Positions 50,527 through 63,045 of a DNA stretch of 64,000 nt are shown here, piece after piece. Both the position numbers and the translations under genes were made by a program. Below the pieces are notes generated by a model, which saw only the letters and a program-made list of their open reading frames with translations, was not told the DNA's origin and did no database searches. Source of the stretch: Octopus sinensis (taxonomy: Eukaryota). Where the stretch lies: the NCBI RefSeq assembly GCF_006345805.1, contig NC_043000.1, positions 8,742,001-8,806,000 on the forward strand, in the 5' to 3' direction. Each line of letters opens with the position of its first letter. Positions within the stretch are counted from its first letter, which is position 1.

Positions 50527-53043
50527 TTCAGTAGTCTTATTTTTAAATCGTGCTTTCACTTCACTACCGAGCGCAGCTCTGTGTGCCTTGGGTATGTGCT
50601 GTGATTTGTTGTGATGCTCTGATGGTTATTGTATGGAAAGTGTTCTGCGTAGGATGTGTGCAGTGCCTAGTAGTGCAATTTTCTGTATGTTATATGTGTT
50701 TGTAAGTCCTGGTGTTTTTGTTATCTATTTGTCTGAATATTTTTTTATCATGCCTAATGCACCTACTATGATAGGAATTGTTTCTGTTTTTAGATTCCAC
50801 ATTCTGGTTACCTCTATTTCCAGGTCTTTGTATTTTGAAAGTTTCTCCATTTCTTTTAGAGACACGTTGTCATCTGCCGGTATTGATACATCAATTAGAA
50901 AACATTTTTTTTCTTCACGATCTCTGACAACTATATCTGGTCTGTTGCCCTTAATTTCTCTATATGTGTGTATCGGCATATCCCAGAGTATGGTTGCTTT
51001 CTCGTTTTCTGTGACCATTTCTGGTGTGTGCCTATACCATCTTTTTTCTGTTGTTATTCCATAATGTTGGCATAGCTTCCAGTGTATGTAGGTTCCAACT
51101 CTGTCATGTCTGTGAATATATTCCTTCTTAGCCAGGACTGGGCAGCCAGAGATAATATGATATATTGTTTCTTGTCCATCTCCACATATTCTGCAGTTAT
51201 TTGTTATATTCTTTTCATTACATGTTTTTGGTAATTTCTGGTGGGGAGGCTTTGGTCTTGTGCTGCAATTAAAAATCCCTCTGTCTCTGCTTTGAGTCCT
51301 GAGCTTCTCAACATTGCTGGGATTTTTCTTTGTCTATTTCTTTTGCGTTTAGTTTAGTCCAGTATTTACCATGAAGGGGCTTTTCTTGCCATCGTTTTAT
51401 CATGGTTCGTTGCTGTTCTATTTTTAGTTTGGATTTCATTTGTTTTATAACTTTTGTTGTTTCTTCTTCTTCTTCTTCTTCTTCTTCTTCTTCTTCTTCT
51501 TCTTCTTCTTCTTCTTCTTCTTCTTCTTCTTCTTCATATTCATTAGGTCGTATGATTTCTTGTTTGTATTTGTCAGCTTACTTAAATACTGAGAACAGTT
51601 TTTTGTTTTGCTCGTGTTTTGCCGCTATTTGTATCAGTTTTCCTTCCTTCTGGAGTAGATATTTTGCAGTCCTATGGTGGTTATTTTATAGTAGTTTTCC
51701 AGCTGTATAAGGCCTCTACCACCTTCTATACGTTGTATATATAGTCTTTCTATGTCAGATTTTGGGTGATGCATCCTAGATCCTGTCATTATTTTTCTTG
51801 TTTTCCTATCTATTTTGGTCAGTTCATTTAGTATCCAGTTAAGGATATTGTAGCTGTAACTTATAACTGGGACAGCTAAAGTGTTAATACGTATTATCTT
51901 GTTTTAGCATTGAGCTCTGTTTTTAGTATTGATCTAATTCGTCTATAATATTCTTTTTTTATTTTCTCTTTCATTTGTGTGTGTTTTGTCTTATCTAGTT
52001 CATGGATTCCTAAGTATTTGTAAGTTTGGCTTTGGTCTAATTCTTTTATTTCATTGGTTTTATCTAGTGTGATGTTGCTACTCTTAACTAGTTTTCCTCT
52101 TTTCAGGGTTACTTTGGCGCATTTCTCTAATCCAAATTTCATATCTATTTCTTTGGTAAATCCATGAACTGTCTTTAATATTGTTTCCAGCTGTTTGTCA
52201 TTTGCAGCGTATAGTTTTCGGTCATCCATATATAAAAGGTGGCTGATCTTTTTGCCGTAACATTTATATCTATCCGCATCCAGTTCTATTTAGCATATCA
52301 GATAGAGGTGACAGTGCCAAGCAGAAAAGGAGTGGAGAGAGCGTGTCTCCCTGGAATATTCCTCTTCTAATGGGGATGGCTTTGGTTTTCATGAGTCCCT
52401 CTTTTGTTTGGAGCTGTAGCACTGTTTGCCATTTATTCATAAAGTGCCCTATGAATTTTATAATTGCTGGTGCTACTTTGTTAATGGCTAGTGTTTCGAG
52501 GATCCATGTGTGGGGGATGCTATCAAACGCCTTTTTGTAGTCGATCCAGGCCATACTGAGGCCTTTCTTCTTTCTGTGGCTGTCTTCAGTTATGGCTTTA
52601 TTAATCATTAGTTGATCTTTACAGCCATATGAGCCTTTGCGGCATCCTTTCTGCTCTTCTGGAAACAGGTTGTTTTCGTCCAGGTGCTTGTTCAATCTTT
52701 GCGATATCACTGCAGTAAATGCCTTGAACATTGTAGGGAGACAGGTTATTGGTCTGTAGTTTTCTGGTTTTGCTGTCTCATTCGATTTGGGAATTAAGAT
52801 GGTTTTCCCCTTCGTGAGCCATTCAGGCATTCTCTCGGGCTCTGCTAGTATGTTGTTAAAGTTTTCTCCCAGCTTTTTGTGCATTGCTGTTAGATATTTC
52901 AACCAGAAGTTGGGGATCTTGTCATGCCCAGGTGCCTTCCAGTTGCTTAGTCTTTGCAGTGCCTGGGTGACCTCTTCAGTTGTTATGGGGGTCCAAAGTT
53001 GCTCAGATGCTGAGTTTGTTGTTTTAATACTCCTTTTTTTGGT
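50527..53043 (-). mobile_element. 5'-truncated R4/Dong-clade non-LTR retrotransposon in (AAT)n
   Basis: RT: NWKAPGHD, YRPITCL, EQKGCRK, WIDYKKAFDSIPH, RGIFQGDTLSPLLF, YMDD, YKYLG. CCHC finger CRICG..ETI.HIISGC. Restriction-like endonuclease NRPDIVV..CFLIDV..EKLSKYKDL. (AAT)n on both sides; several frameshifts and stops. Confidence 0.95.
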
Positions 53044-53054
53044 TGTTATTATTA

Positions 53055-53109
<55 letters not shown>

Positions 53110-53314
53110 TTTTTTTTCTTCTTTCAAATTTGCTTCCATTTCTTGCCGAGTGTCTTCCCGACTCCTAGGGCAAAGAAACTCATAGTATACATTGGTAGGC
53201 CGTTAAACCAAACTCAATAGTTCGTTCATTTTTTTTTTTTAAGTTATATTAAAATACATGAGCAGCAACAGTTCTCACATCGACAATGCTCTTCTCAATA
53301 CGTGTGATGTACCA

Positions 53315-53377
<63 letters not shown>

Positions 53378-53825
53378 GGGCGAGAGAATAGTGCGTGCTA
53401 TCAAAGTGAACCTGGGGTAAAATATGCGAGGCTCAGTATACCCATCATGACTATCTGTCTGATAAGGGTACACCAAGATCACAACCATTTGTACGTGACA
53501 TGGTGATCTGAGATCGAGATAAATAGCGCAAGACCAGTTAAAATTCTCTTCAGATCGAGTAGTCCATCCTGCTCAGATGATCCCTGAATAAGGTTTCTTT
53601 AAGGATGTTGAACGAAACGCCCATGTTTCCAGAGGTGAATTTTTGAAACCCCAAAGAATTCCTCTCAACACATGGCTAAGATGCTATCCCACAACTTCTG
53701 CTCTTGATCGGAGATCAGCATATTGTCAACCACCAAGGTTAACAATTAGAAGGTTGTTTTAAAATTTGATTATATGATGGTAGTGTGATGTGAAGTAAGA
53801 GGTGTTTGCTATTATGTATATTTAT

Positions 53826-53860
<35 letters not shown>

Positions 53861-54413
53861 GAGTGAGAGAGCAGTTCATGCCATCAAAGTGACACTGGGG
53901 TAAAATATACGAAGCCCAATATACCCATCATGACTACCCGTCTGATAAAGGTACACCAGGCACATGCATCACAACCATATGTGCGCGACATGGTGATCTC
54001 ATATCAAGATAAACAGCACATGACCTTGCAGGTGGGGCCCAGTTAGAATTTTCTTCAGGTTGAGTAGCCCATCCCGCTCAAACGGTCCCTGAATAAGGGT
54101 TGTTTAAGGATGTTGAAAGAACCACCCATGTTTCCAGAGGTGAACTATTCAAACCCCAAAGAATCCCTCTCAACACATGGCTATGATGCTTCCCCACTAC
54201 TTCTGCTCGTGATCAGAGATGCACATATCGTCAGCCACTAAGGGATATGATCAACTGGTTAAGGTCAAACAACTGACAAGCAAATCTGTGGTATTGAGCA
54301 GAATATTTGCTGTAGCCCATCTTTTATACCAAGACAAAACAATGTACATGATAACACTTCCAATCAGTTAAGATCAGAAGCCATGAGAGCCACTGCCTGG
54401 TACTGCATCAGGG

Positions 54414-54414
<1 letters not shown>
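53378..54414. mobile_element. Two copies of a ~550-bp (AAT)n-associated non-coding interspersed repeat (53378-53760 partial, 53861-54414 complete)
   Basis: High mutual similarity and similarity to 61339-61860; begins GAGTGAGAGAGCAG immediately after (ATT)n. Confidence 0.8.
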
Positions 54415-54462
<48 letters not shown>

Positions 54463-54498
54463 TTTGTCATCATCATCATTATCATCATCATTATTATA

Positions 54499-54534
<36 letters not shown>

Positions 54535-54541
54535 GTCATCG

Positions 54542-54578
<37 letters not shown>

Positions 54579-54790
54579 TATAATATAATAATAATATAAT
54601 TATTATTTTATTATTATTATTATTATTATTATTAGTATTATAATTATTATTATTGTAATAATTATTATTATTGTTATTATTATTATAATAATAATAATTA
54701 TTATTATTATTATAATTATTATTATTATTATTACCATTATTATTATAATTATTATTATTACTATTATTATTATAATTATTATTATTATTG

Positions 54791-54831
<41 letters not shown>

Positions 54832-54845
54832 GTTATTATTATTAT

Positions 54846-55948
54846 TCAGTAGTTTTATTTTCATAGCGTGCTTTCACTTCACTACCGAGCGCAGCTCTGT
54901 GTGCCTTGGGTATGTGCTGTGATTTGTTGTGATGCTCTGATGGTTATTGTATGGAAAGTGTTCTGCGTAGGATGTGTGCAGTGCCTAGTAGTGCAATTTT
55001 CTGTATGTTATATGTGATTGATTGATTGATTGATTCTAGTTTCAGCTTATGAGCTGTGGTGTTTGTAAGTCCTGGTGTTTTTGTTATGTATTTGTCTGAA
55101 TCGTTGTTTACATCGTGTTTGTTGGGAATGTTGCGTTTGTCTTCGTGTTTTACAGTTTCAGTGTTTATATTATTGGGCATTGTTGTGTGGCTTCTATCTA
55201 CATTTTCCTGGTGTATTTTTTCTTTTAAATGTTCTATTTCTATTTCTGATATTTTTTTGGCTTTGAGAATGTATCATAGTACGTTAGCTAATTTATTAGG
55301 GTTCATTGCTGTATCCAAGTCTATATCTCTATTATTTTCCTTCCATATTTTATATGTATGTGTTGTTGTATTTTCATTTTTTGGGTAGAGCATTGCTGTG
55401 AAGTATGCGTGTAAGATAGAAATGTATTCCTCACGTGTCCATTTACGTCTTTTGGGTTTTATTTGCGGGACATGAGGTACAACGTCCGGCCCATTATTTT
55501 GACGGTCGTCATTTTAGTAGGGTACCGGTCCGTTTATTTCTGTTGTCACATTATTTCGCACGTGTAGTTTTTCGTACATTTTTTGTTGTAAGTTTAATGT
55601 ACGTACCGCTCGATTGTTATTCTTGGGTTGAATAGTATCGGTGGCATTTAATTTCTTCGTAGATCCTTTGTACATGGTGTTTGGGGTCGGGGATGATCGT
55701 GATGTTCCACGCATGTTTACATGTGTTGCGTTAGAGGTGGAGATGATATCGAGTCAAAATACATCATTTCGTTTCGAAAATAGTAATAAATTTCAATTAG
55801 TATTACTTACTCGGGTACAGTCCAATTCTTTGTTAGTAAATCTTTGGCTCCATAGGATGTCCTTGTTTTCAATGTTTGTGGATAGATTTCGGAGCTCTGT
55901 TTTTTCCTTCTTACATCTTAAACGTCCCCCGGTGTTCTCCGTCCCCCG

Positions 55949-55950
<2 letters not shown>
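54846..55950 (-). mobile_element. Internally deleted R4/Dong element retaining both termini
   Basis: 54846-55101 is nearly identical to the 3' end of 50527-53043. 55102-55950 carries the 5' UTR and N-terminus (KPKRRKWTREEYISILHAYF...NKLANV). (AAT)n on both flanks. Confidence 0.85.
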
Positions 55951-56022
<72 letters not shown>

Positions 56023-56169
56023 CGTAGTAGTAGTAGCAGCAGCAGCAGAAGCAGTAGTATTGGGACTCTACTCTTGGATTTCAAAGAGGAAAGACGGGTG
56101 TTCATGGGTTGTAAGTTTTTGTGCAATTTTTACAGATAATATTGTTGTATCTGAAAATTTTTTAGACAT

Positions 56170-58134
56170 TTCTGTGACCAGGCCGGCTGGGCTCTTGCTG
56201 AGCTGAGCAGTTAGGTGGAACTTTACCCCTTTTGGGTCGAATTTTCAATTTAAAATCTCCATTTTACCATTTTTTAAATTTTAATATTTGTAAAATGTCT
56301 TTGGAGTAGAGTGTCAGCTCTTGCTTTCTTTTTGTCACTGTCGGAAGACAGCCAAAAAAGTTTTAAAATTAATTGTCTCCACCTACTTCCTGCCTTAAAA
56401 GGCAGAGAGAGGGACGACCAATGCCTTGCTAGCACGTGCAATGCTGAGCAACAAATGGAAAAAGAAGAAAAGAAACGCAAGAAAGAAAAAGGAAAAGAGC
56501 AAGAAATTTCAGCTAATGGACGCTGCTAGCGTGGAAACACCTTGAATACCCAACAACAGCAACAACAACAACAACAACAACATCGCATTGCATTAAACAG
56601 CTGAGCTTTTGCTTCAATAGAAAAACTATGCAATGAATTTATGTTTCTGTAGAAACTCTCAAAGACCACAGGAACATTTTAAAAAGCAAAAACCGAAATA
56701 TGTATTTCAATAAACACAACCCCAGATATTATAGAGAAAACAAACAAACGTACCATAGTGTACAAAGCTATATCATAAAAAAATTAAACAGATATTAAAA
56801 AATAAACAGATAGAAACTGCCACAAATCAACATACTGGAGATGCCACAGGAAATGAACACTTGCTGGATTGTCGCGACCGTCCTTCTTGACTTGGAAAAT
56901 AAAATCAGAATCATCCAAGTCTAGAAACAAGGAAAACAACTGGACTGATCAGGAATTACACATAATGGTCCAAATAAACCAAGACGTTTTGGAACAAACT
57001 CCTGACCAACACAGCCTTCCAGATGGCACTATGCTGGGACAGAATAACCACCTGAAAACCTTCTGCCCACAACTAAAACAAAAGTAGGGCACTACCCCCT
57101 TGATACAAGCACCACACATACTACAACAACTGAAGCAATCCCAACCACAGAAGCAACCCCAACAGCACAAGCAACCCCAACAGCACAAGCAACCCCAACA
57201 AGAGAAGAAACCCCAAGAAAAGAAAGCAGAGAGGGCTCCAGCAAAAACACCACAACCAACAACAACTACACGAGAGACAACAACGACAACAACAACAGAG
57301 GTGCTGATAACAACCACCATCACAGCGCCTACAAAAACACCAGCAACAGAGCTCTTGCCACAGGAACAAGAAAACATCAGCAAATTTCGATCCACTAGAA
57401 CTACCCATTCCCGACTCTAACCACTCAGACATGTCGTGCGGAGAAGCTGACAGAATTGAGTGAAAAGACGTCGCATGTAAAAGACTAAGAAAAAGCACAA
57501 CAGTACACCAACAAATAAAAAAGCAGTACCCACCAAAAAGAAATCAAAATCACCCGAAAACAACAACAACATACGCTTCCAAACCTTCACCAACACCATT
57601 GACACAACCAATAGTACAAGGCAAAACAAGGTGAACACAAGAAGTAAACGAAGTAAACTCTACAGAAGTAAAGTCTACAGGCACGGAGGTGCCGTCAGTC
57701 AGATCTGCCCGAGATGTGTGCAGAGCGACGGAACCGTTCTGCACACACTCGTCCAATGCTGGAGCATAACTGATATATGGGTTTATGTCGAACACCTGCT
57801 GTCACGTATAAGACGTATCCGCTTGTCGGTTGATTCCATCATGAAGATTGCCCCGCCACCTTCCTTTGGCCAGCAATGGGAGGTAATTTTCATCTGTCTT
57901 GTGACTGTAGCGAAAGAGGTTGTGTGGTGGTCTAGACTGAACGGGCTGAAGACAAATACTTTCCTCTTTGGCCTACCCCTCATCAACTTTTTCAGATACC
58001 ATCTGAAAAGGAAAGTGAGGGTTGAGAGAGAAGTGCTAACTTCAGCAAATTTATTAAAAGGTGGGTGAATGTGGCGAAGACGGTCCGTGTCAACAGGCCT
58101 ACTTTGAGCATGCGCTTTTGAGTTTCCGAGGCTA
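56170..58134 (+). mobile_element. Internally deleted Tx1-type LINE (ORF1 remnant + ORF2 C-terminus) ending in (GA)n
   Basis: ORF1-like QELHIMVQ..PDQHSLPDGTML..HLKTFCPQ (end of a knuckle). ORF2 CCHC finger ICPRCVQSDGTVLHTLVQC...AKEVVWWSRL. No RT motifs between; (GA)n at 58135. Confidence 0.7.
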
Positions 58135-58239
58135 AGAGAGAGAGAGAGAGAAAGAGAAAGAGAGAGAGAGAGATGGAGAGAGGGCTCTTGCCCTAGTGGT
58201 TGGGGCGCTTGTGGATTATCATCATCATCATCATCATCA

Positions 58240-58311
<72 letters not shown>

Positions 58312-59469
58312 TATTATTATTATTATTTTCTATTTGTTTGAGCTAAAACCTTGGTCGAGTGTTGACCTTTATTGTTCCTGTGGCTTTTTATCAGTTATTC
58401 ACTACACTCTATCGGCTGGACCAAGCGATCGGTGTAAAGTCAACCGCTGTATATAGCAGAGGGCCAGTGGGTGTTATGTGCAATGATGGTTTGGGGGTAA
58501 TTCTGGGCATCGATAAAGACAGTCTGATTCCTCTCTTCTAGACAACTTTCAAGTCAGAAAATACACAAAATTCTCCAGAATCCTTAGTCAAGTAGAACTA
58601 CAAGGTTACCTTGCCTGTTCAAGATAAACTTCACGAGCATGCTGGAGCTTTAATCACCAAATCTGCCTGAGAAAGAAGGTGAGTGATTTATTTTTGCACT
58701 TCAAAAGTTACAGAGATATCTGTCTATCATCAAAAGAAGATTTGGTGGTAGATCTGGCAAATTTGTGAAGGAAATCTCCTTAACAGGATTGGGAATCTTA
58801 TATGTCTCGTTTTTAAAACTGAGTACAAGGTAAAGATGCAAGCTACAAGGTGAGTTGCACCTTTGCTCTTCGTTAGTTTCCCAATGTATGAAGCGAAGAA
58901 GCACTAGGGTCACAGTGGAAGACATCGCGGGGGGGGAGCTGATTCTTTCAGTTTGGTTGCACAATAAGGCAGGTGGTGAGCGCTGACGTATCATTTAAAG
59001 AGATGTGATCGGATGGGGCCAGTACGGACATACAAGTTCTAAGGACTCTGAAGAATAAGAAAATGATTCCGGAGCTGTACTCCATAGCGAAGGCAGAAAG
59101 AAAGGTTTATAGACGGGTGGTACAGGGTAAAAAATAAATAAATAAATAAACAGCCGTCGTATATAATAATATGGCTTTAAGAAATAATGATTTTAAGGGT
59201 TTTGTACCAAGAAGATCTAGAGAAGCCGGAAGGGAAAGAACAGCACAAATAACAATAGCTAAATAGGCCTCGGGGATTGATATATCCAGGCCGTCACCAG
59301 TGGGAGCTCCGGAAATGTCGGAAGCGATCACTTGATTTTCAGTTCCAACTGTTGACCAGGAAGTATGTATGCTGGAAGCTGGGAGATCCACTTCGGCCAT
59401 TACTAGCAACATCATACAATAGCCTTGTAAATATGAGGAGATTGAAAGTAGTTGGTGGGTAGTAGACTG

Positions 59470-61240
59470 CCGGTGCCGAAGGAAATGTATTCAGTTCTGA
59501 AGCCAGTAATTTTTCTCACTCACTGCAGGTACTCGCTTTTATATTTTCCTTCATGTCGTTGTTTAACTTCATCTGCCTCAAGTATTCCCAGGCAAGCACT
59601 CATCTAGCTGTTTCACGATCCTTTCATGGAGCCCTCTTAGCTTCTTCATACAATAATCTTGGACCCTATCCGGTCCCGCGCTCTTCCAATTTGGGAATTT
59701 TCTTAACTGCCTTTTTATCATTTCTGTAATTATTTTTACGTCTTCTTGGCCTTCTGCATTTCTTAACCTACCTTCGATTTCATGCAGCCACTTCGCTTCA
59801 TCATTATCCTATACATATTGGTCCCAGATCCCTCAGCAGGATGCCCTGTTTTCTTTTGCATCTGGTTTCATGGTTTCCAGTAATTATCCATCTGGTCCCT
59901 GAAACAGTTTCTTCTGACTTCCTTCAAACAATCTGTTTTGCCTGAATTGTTTTGGTCCATTGTCATATCTTTAGTTTTGCTTTGATTGTTACTACTCTTT
60001 ATTTTAATTCTTCCAATATCACATCTTACCCTTTATTTCTTATTCTCTATGTTCTTTCCAGCATTATTCTTATGCTTTCGTTCTGCAATTTCCCTTCTAC
60101 TCAATCTATCAACTTATCATAAATATATTTTTCACTTCGTTTCTCACAAATTCGCATTTGCCAGTATGCTTCTTTACGTTCTGTTTGTTCTCTTCTTTTG
60201 TATCCAACTCTGTCTGCAACAACCATAGCTTAGCCCAAATAATCTTGTTAGTTTCAGTTATATTTCTCGTCTAGAATGGCCCAAGGACAGAATCTATCTT
60301 TAAGGTTTCAATTTTGAGCTTGTGTAGATCAATGCATCTCAGATTGAGGGGTGTTCGATCCTAGTTTTCTCTAATATATCGGCACAGCATCCTCACTATG
60401 TCTTGTTGGTCATCATCATATTCTTATGATACAGCTCCTCTCATTACTTCTGCTTCATTTGCTGAAAATGAAAGTACCTTTACACTTTGCTCTACGGCTT
60501 CATTGCCGCTATTCATTCTTCTGTACTCGCTGGTTACGTTATCTGTTGGTGTAGCATTATCTCTATTTTCTACTTTCCTTTTTATCTCTTCAATTTCCAT
60601 GTCTTAACCCCTCTTTTGCTCTCATTGCTCTTGCCCGGTCTGCTAACCGCTGCTCATTTATTTCGAAGAGTCCTATTTCATTCCATTTTGCTTTCATGCG
60701 TTGTCGGAACCCCTTCCTACTGGGTTCACTCCTGATCCAGCATTCAATTACCGTTTGGTTTGTCTCCTTATCCTACCCTTTTCTCTGCCTCTGACTTTGT
60801 GTATAAGCAATCTCTGGATGATGACCGGACCTGCGCTATTCAACCACAAGCCACCTGCCAGGCGAGAGGCTTTCACCTTTGGTTCCAGCCTCATTAACGC
60901 CGCTATTTGATACATTTGTATTAGGAATTCTCACTCAACATTGAGGTTTGTGTTTTAAGGTTAGCCACCAACGGGTATTTTTATCGAGACACCATCTCGA
61001 GTAAGATTGTCAACAAAGACTGCAGAGCTCTAACTATCCATAAGTTGGACCTGTTCAAATTGCATTTCTGTGTGTTGAAGACCATGATCATGACTCTGAC
61101 TAGGAAATTGGTGAACCTCGTTTGGTCCTGTATCTTCATCCAAATATTGCTCCGAAGTTAAGTCCCGATTCCCAGTTCATTCGCCTTCATCGCAAGTATG
61201 GAGCCGTTGGACACTGACAGGTCGTATCATTGTGACTAAG
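59470..61240 (-). mobile_element. Older R4/Dong-clade element, 5' half with RT core deleted
   Basis: VIECWIRSEP.RKGFRQRM..W..IG.FEINEQRLADRAR, QFRQNRLFE, PNWKSAGPD, then QLDECL joined to LGILEADEVK near 59592. Confidence 0.7.
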
Positions 61241-61245
61241 GGGTC

Positions 61246-61313
<68 letters not shown>

Positions 61314-61338
61314 TATTATTATTATTATTATTATTATT

Positions 61339-61860
61339 GAGTGAGACTGGGGTACAAGTATACGAAGCCCAGTATACCCGTCATGACTGCCAGTCTGACA
61401 AAGGTACCCCATGCACATGCATCACAACCACATGTGCGCGACATGGTGATTTAAGATCAAGATAAAGAACACATGACCTTGCAGGTGGGGCCCAGTTACA
61501 ATTTTTTCAGGTCGCGTAGCCCATTCCGCTCAAAAGGTCCCTGAATAAGGGTTGCTTAAGGATGTTGAACGAAACACCCATGTTTACAGAGGTGAATTAT
61601 TGAATCCCCAAACAATTCCTCTCAGCACATGGCTATGATGTTCCCCCATTACTCCTACTCGTGGCCAGAGATGCACATATTGTCAGCCACTAAGGGACAT
61701 GCTTAACTGGTTAAGGTCAAGCAACTGACAAGCAAATCTGTGGTTTTGAGCAGAATATTTGCTGTAAACCACCTTTTATACCAAGACAAAACATGTAGTT
61801 GATAATACTTCTAATCAGTTAAGATCAGAAGCCATGAGAGCCAGTGCCTGGTGCGGCATT
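61339..61860. mobile_element. Third copy of the ~550-bp (AAT)n-associated repeat
   Basis: Aligns end to end with 53861-54414 and follows (ATT)n. Confidence 0.8.
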
Positions 61861-61951
61861 GATACCAGGCAGCAGGGAATATGCCTGAGAAGGGAAAATA
61901 TTCTAATTTCCTAATACTTTTAATCTCACAGTACTAGGAACAAAGGAATAC

Positions 61952-62266
61952 CTGGGTTACAATAAAAGATGCCGCTAACCACGTTAGCACCTGTATTATG
62001 GTAACATTCGTAGCACAATATGGTTAGGTGGTCAGCTCTAATGTCACTTTTGACAATATGTGATCGGTTGATGTCTCTACGGAAAGACGTACAAGTCCAC
62101 ATGACATTCATATCACCAAAGAATGATTCCGAAGTTTGTTTCTTTTGACAGTTAAATTTACTTATCAGCGTAAAACAACATCGATTTGCAGACTCTTCAA
62201 CCAACCATACCGTTCGAGGAATTTCTATATTCACATCTTCGGTCAATCCTGTATTTCCGCTATCTT
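61952..62266 (-). CDS. Candidate phase-1/phase-1 Cys-rich coding exon (105 codons), unidentified
   Basis: Open non-repetitive frame with 7 Cys. Acceptor ACTACAG| at 62267 (alternative exon start 62248) and donor CAG|GTATTC; both options preserve frame. Confidence 0.35.
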
Positions 62267-62895
62267 CTGTAGTTAAATTTGAAGCCCTCCCATAAAAGTA
62301 TCCAGTTTATCATAGCCTGTGCATATCAAATTGGGACCAGCACACGATGTCATCTACATTATCGAAACTACAAGAACTACACACGAATCGTTGTTCCGGC
62401 TCGTTGAGATAAAGCTAACAAAGAGTTGCACCGCACACTTTAGCTCGGCGTTATTTATCGATCCAGCAACAACAAATTATCAGCTCTACACATCGATCCA
62501 CTAACAAAGCAGCAGGTGACTGACGTCTTTGTGGATAATATCAGACAGGGCAAGTAACTCCTACTCATTCTTTTGAGGGTGCTGAGAGAAAGGCAGCAGT
62601 GGCAGCAGTAGTAGGAGCAGTAGCAGTGGTAGTGGTGATGATGGCAACGATGTTGGTGTTCATCGTTGTGGCAAAAGGCTTTAATAGAAGAGTTGTCTTT
62701 AAGCTATTCCAAACATGACCGTCTCACCTCTGTTTTCTTTTTCAGGTGGGCTTTTATCTATGTAGTATATTTATGCTCACTCATTTAAGAGCAGTTTGGT
62801 ATGATATGAGGAAGACTTCTAGCAGAACGGGACAGTGATAGGGAACACGACACTCTCTACTGCTGCTGCTGCTGCTGCTCCTCCTCCTCCTCCTC

Positions 62896-62929
<34 letters not shown>

Positions 62930-62931
<2 letters not shown>

Positions 62932-63008
62932 GGCGGAATTTGAACTGAGTACGTAAAGCCAGAAGAAATGCTATTAACCATTTTGTCCGGTGTGCTAACG
63001 ATTTAGCC

Positions 63009-63045
<37 letters not shown>

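Noticed and set aside
58620-59440. Possible gag/LINE remnants (GQYGH knuckle-like segment)
   Set aside because: Too degenerate to assign.
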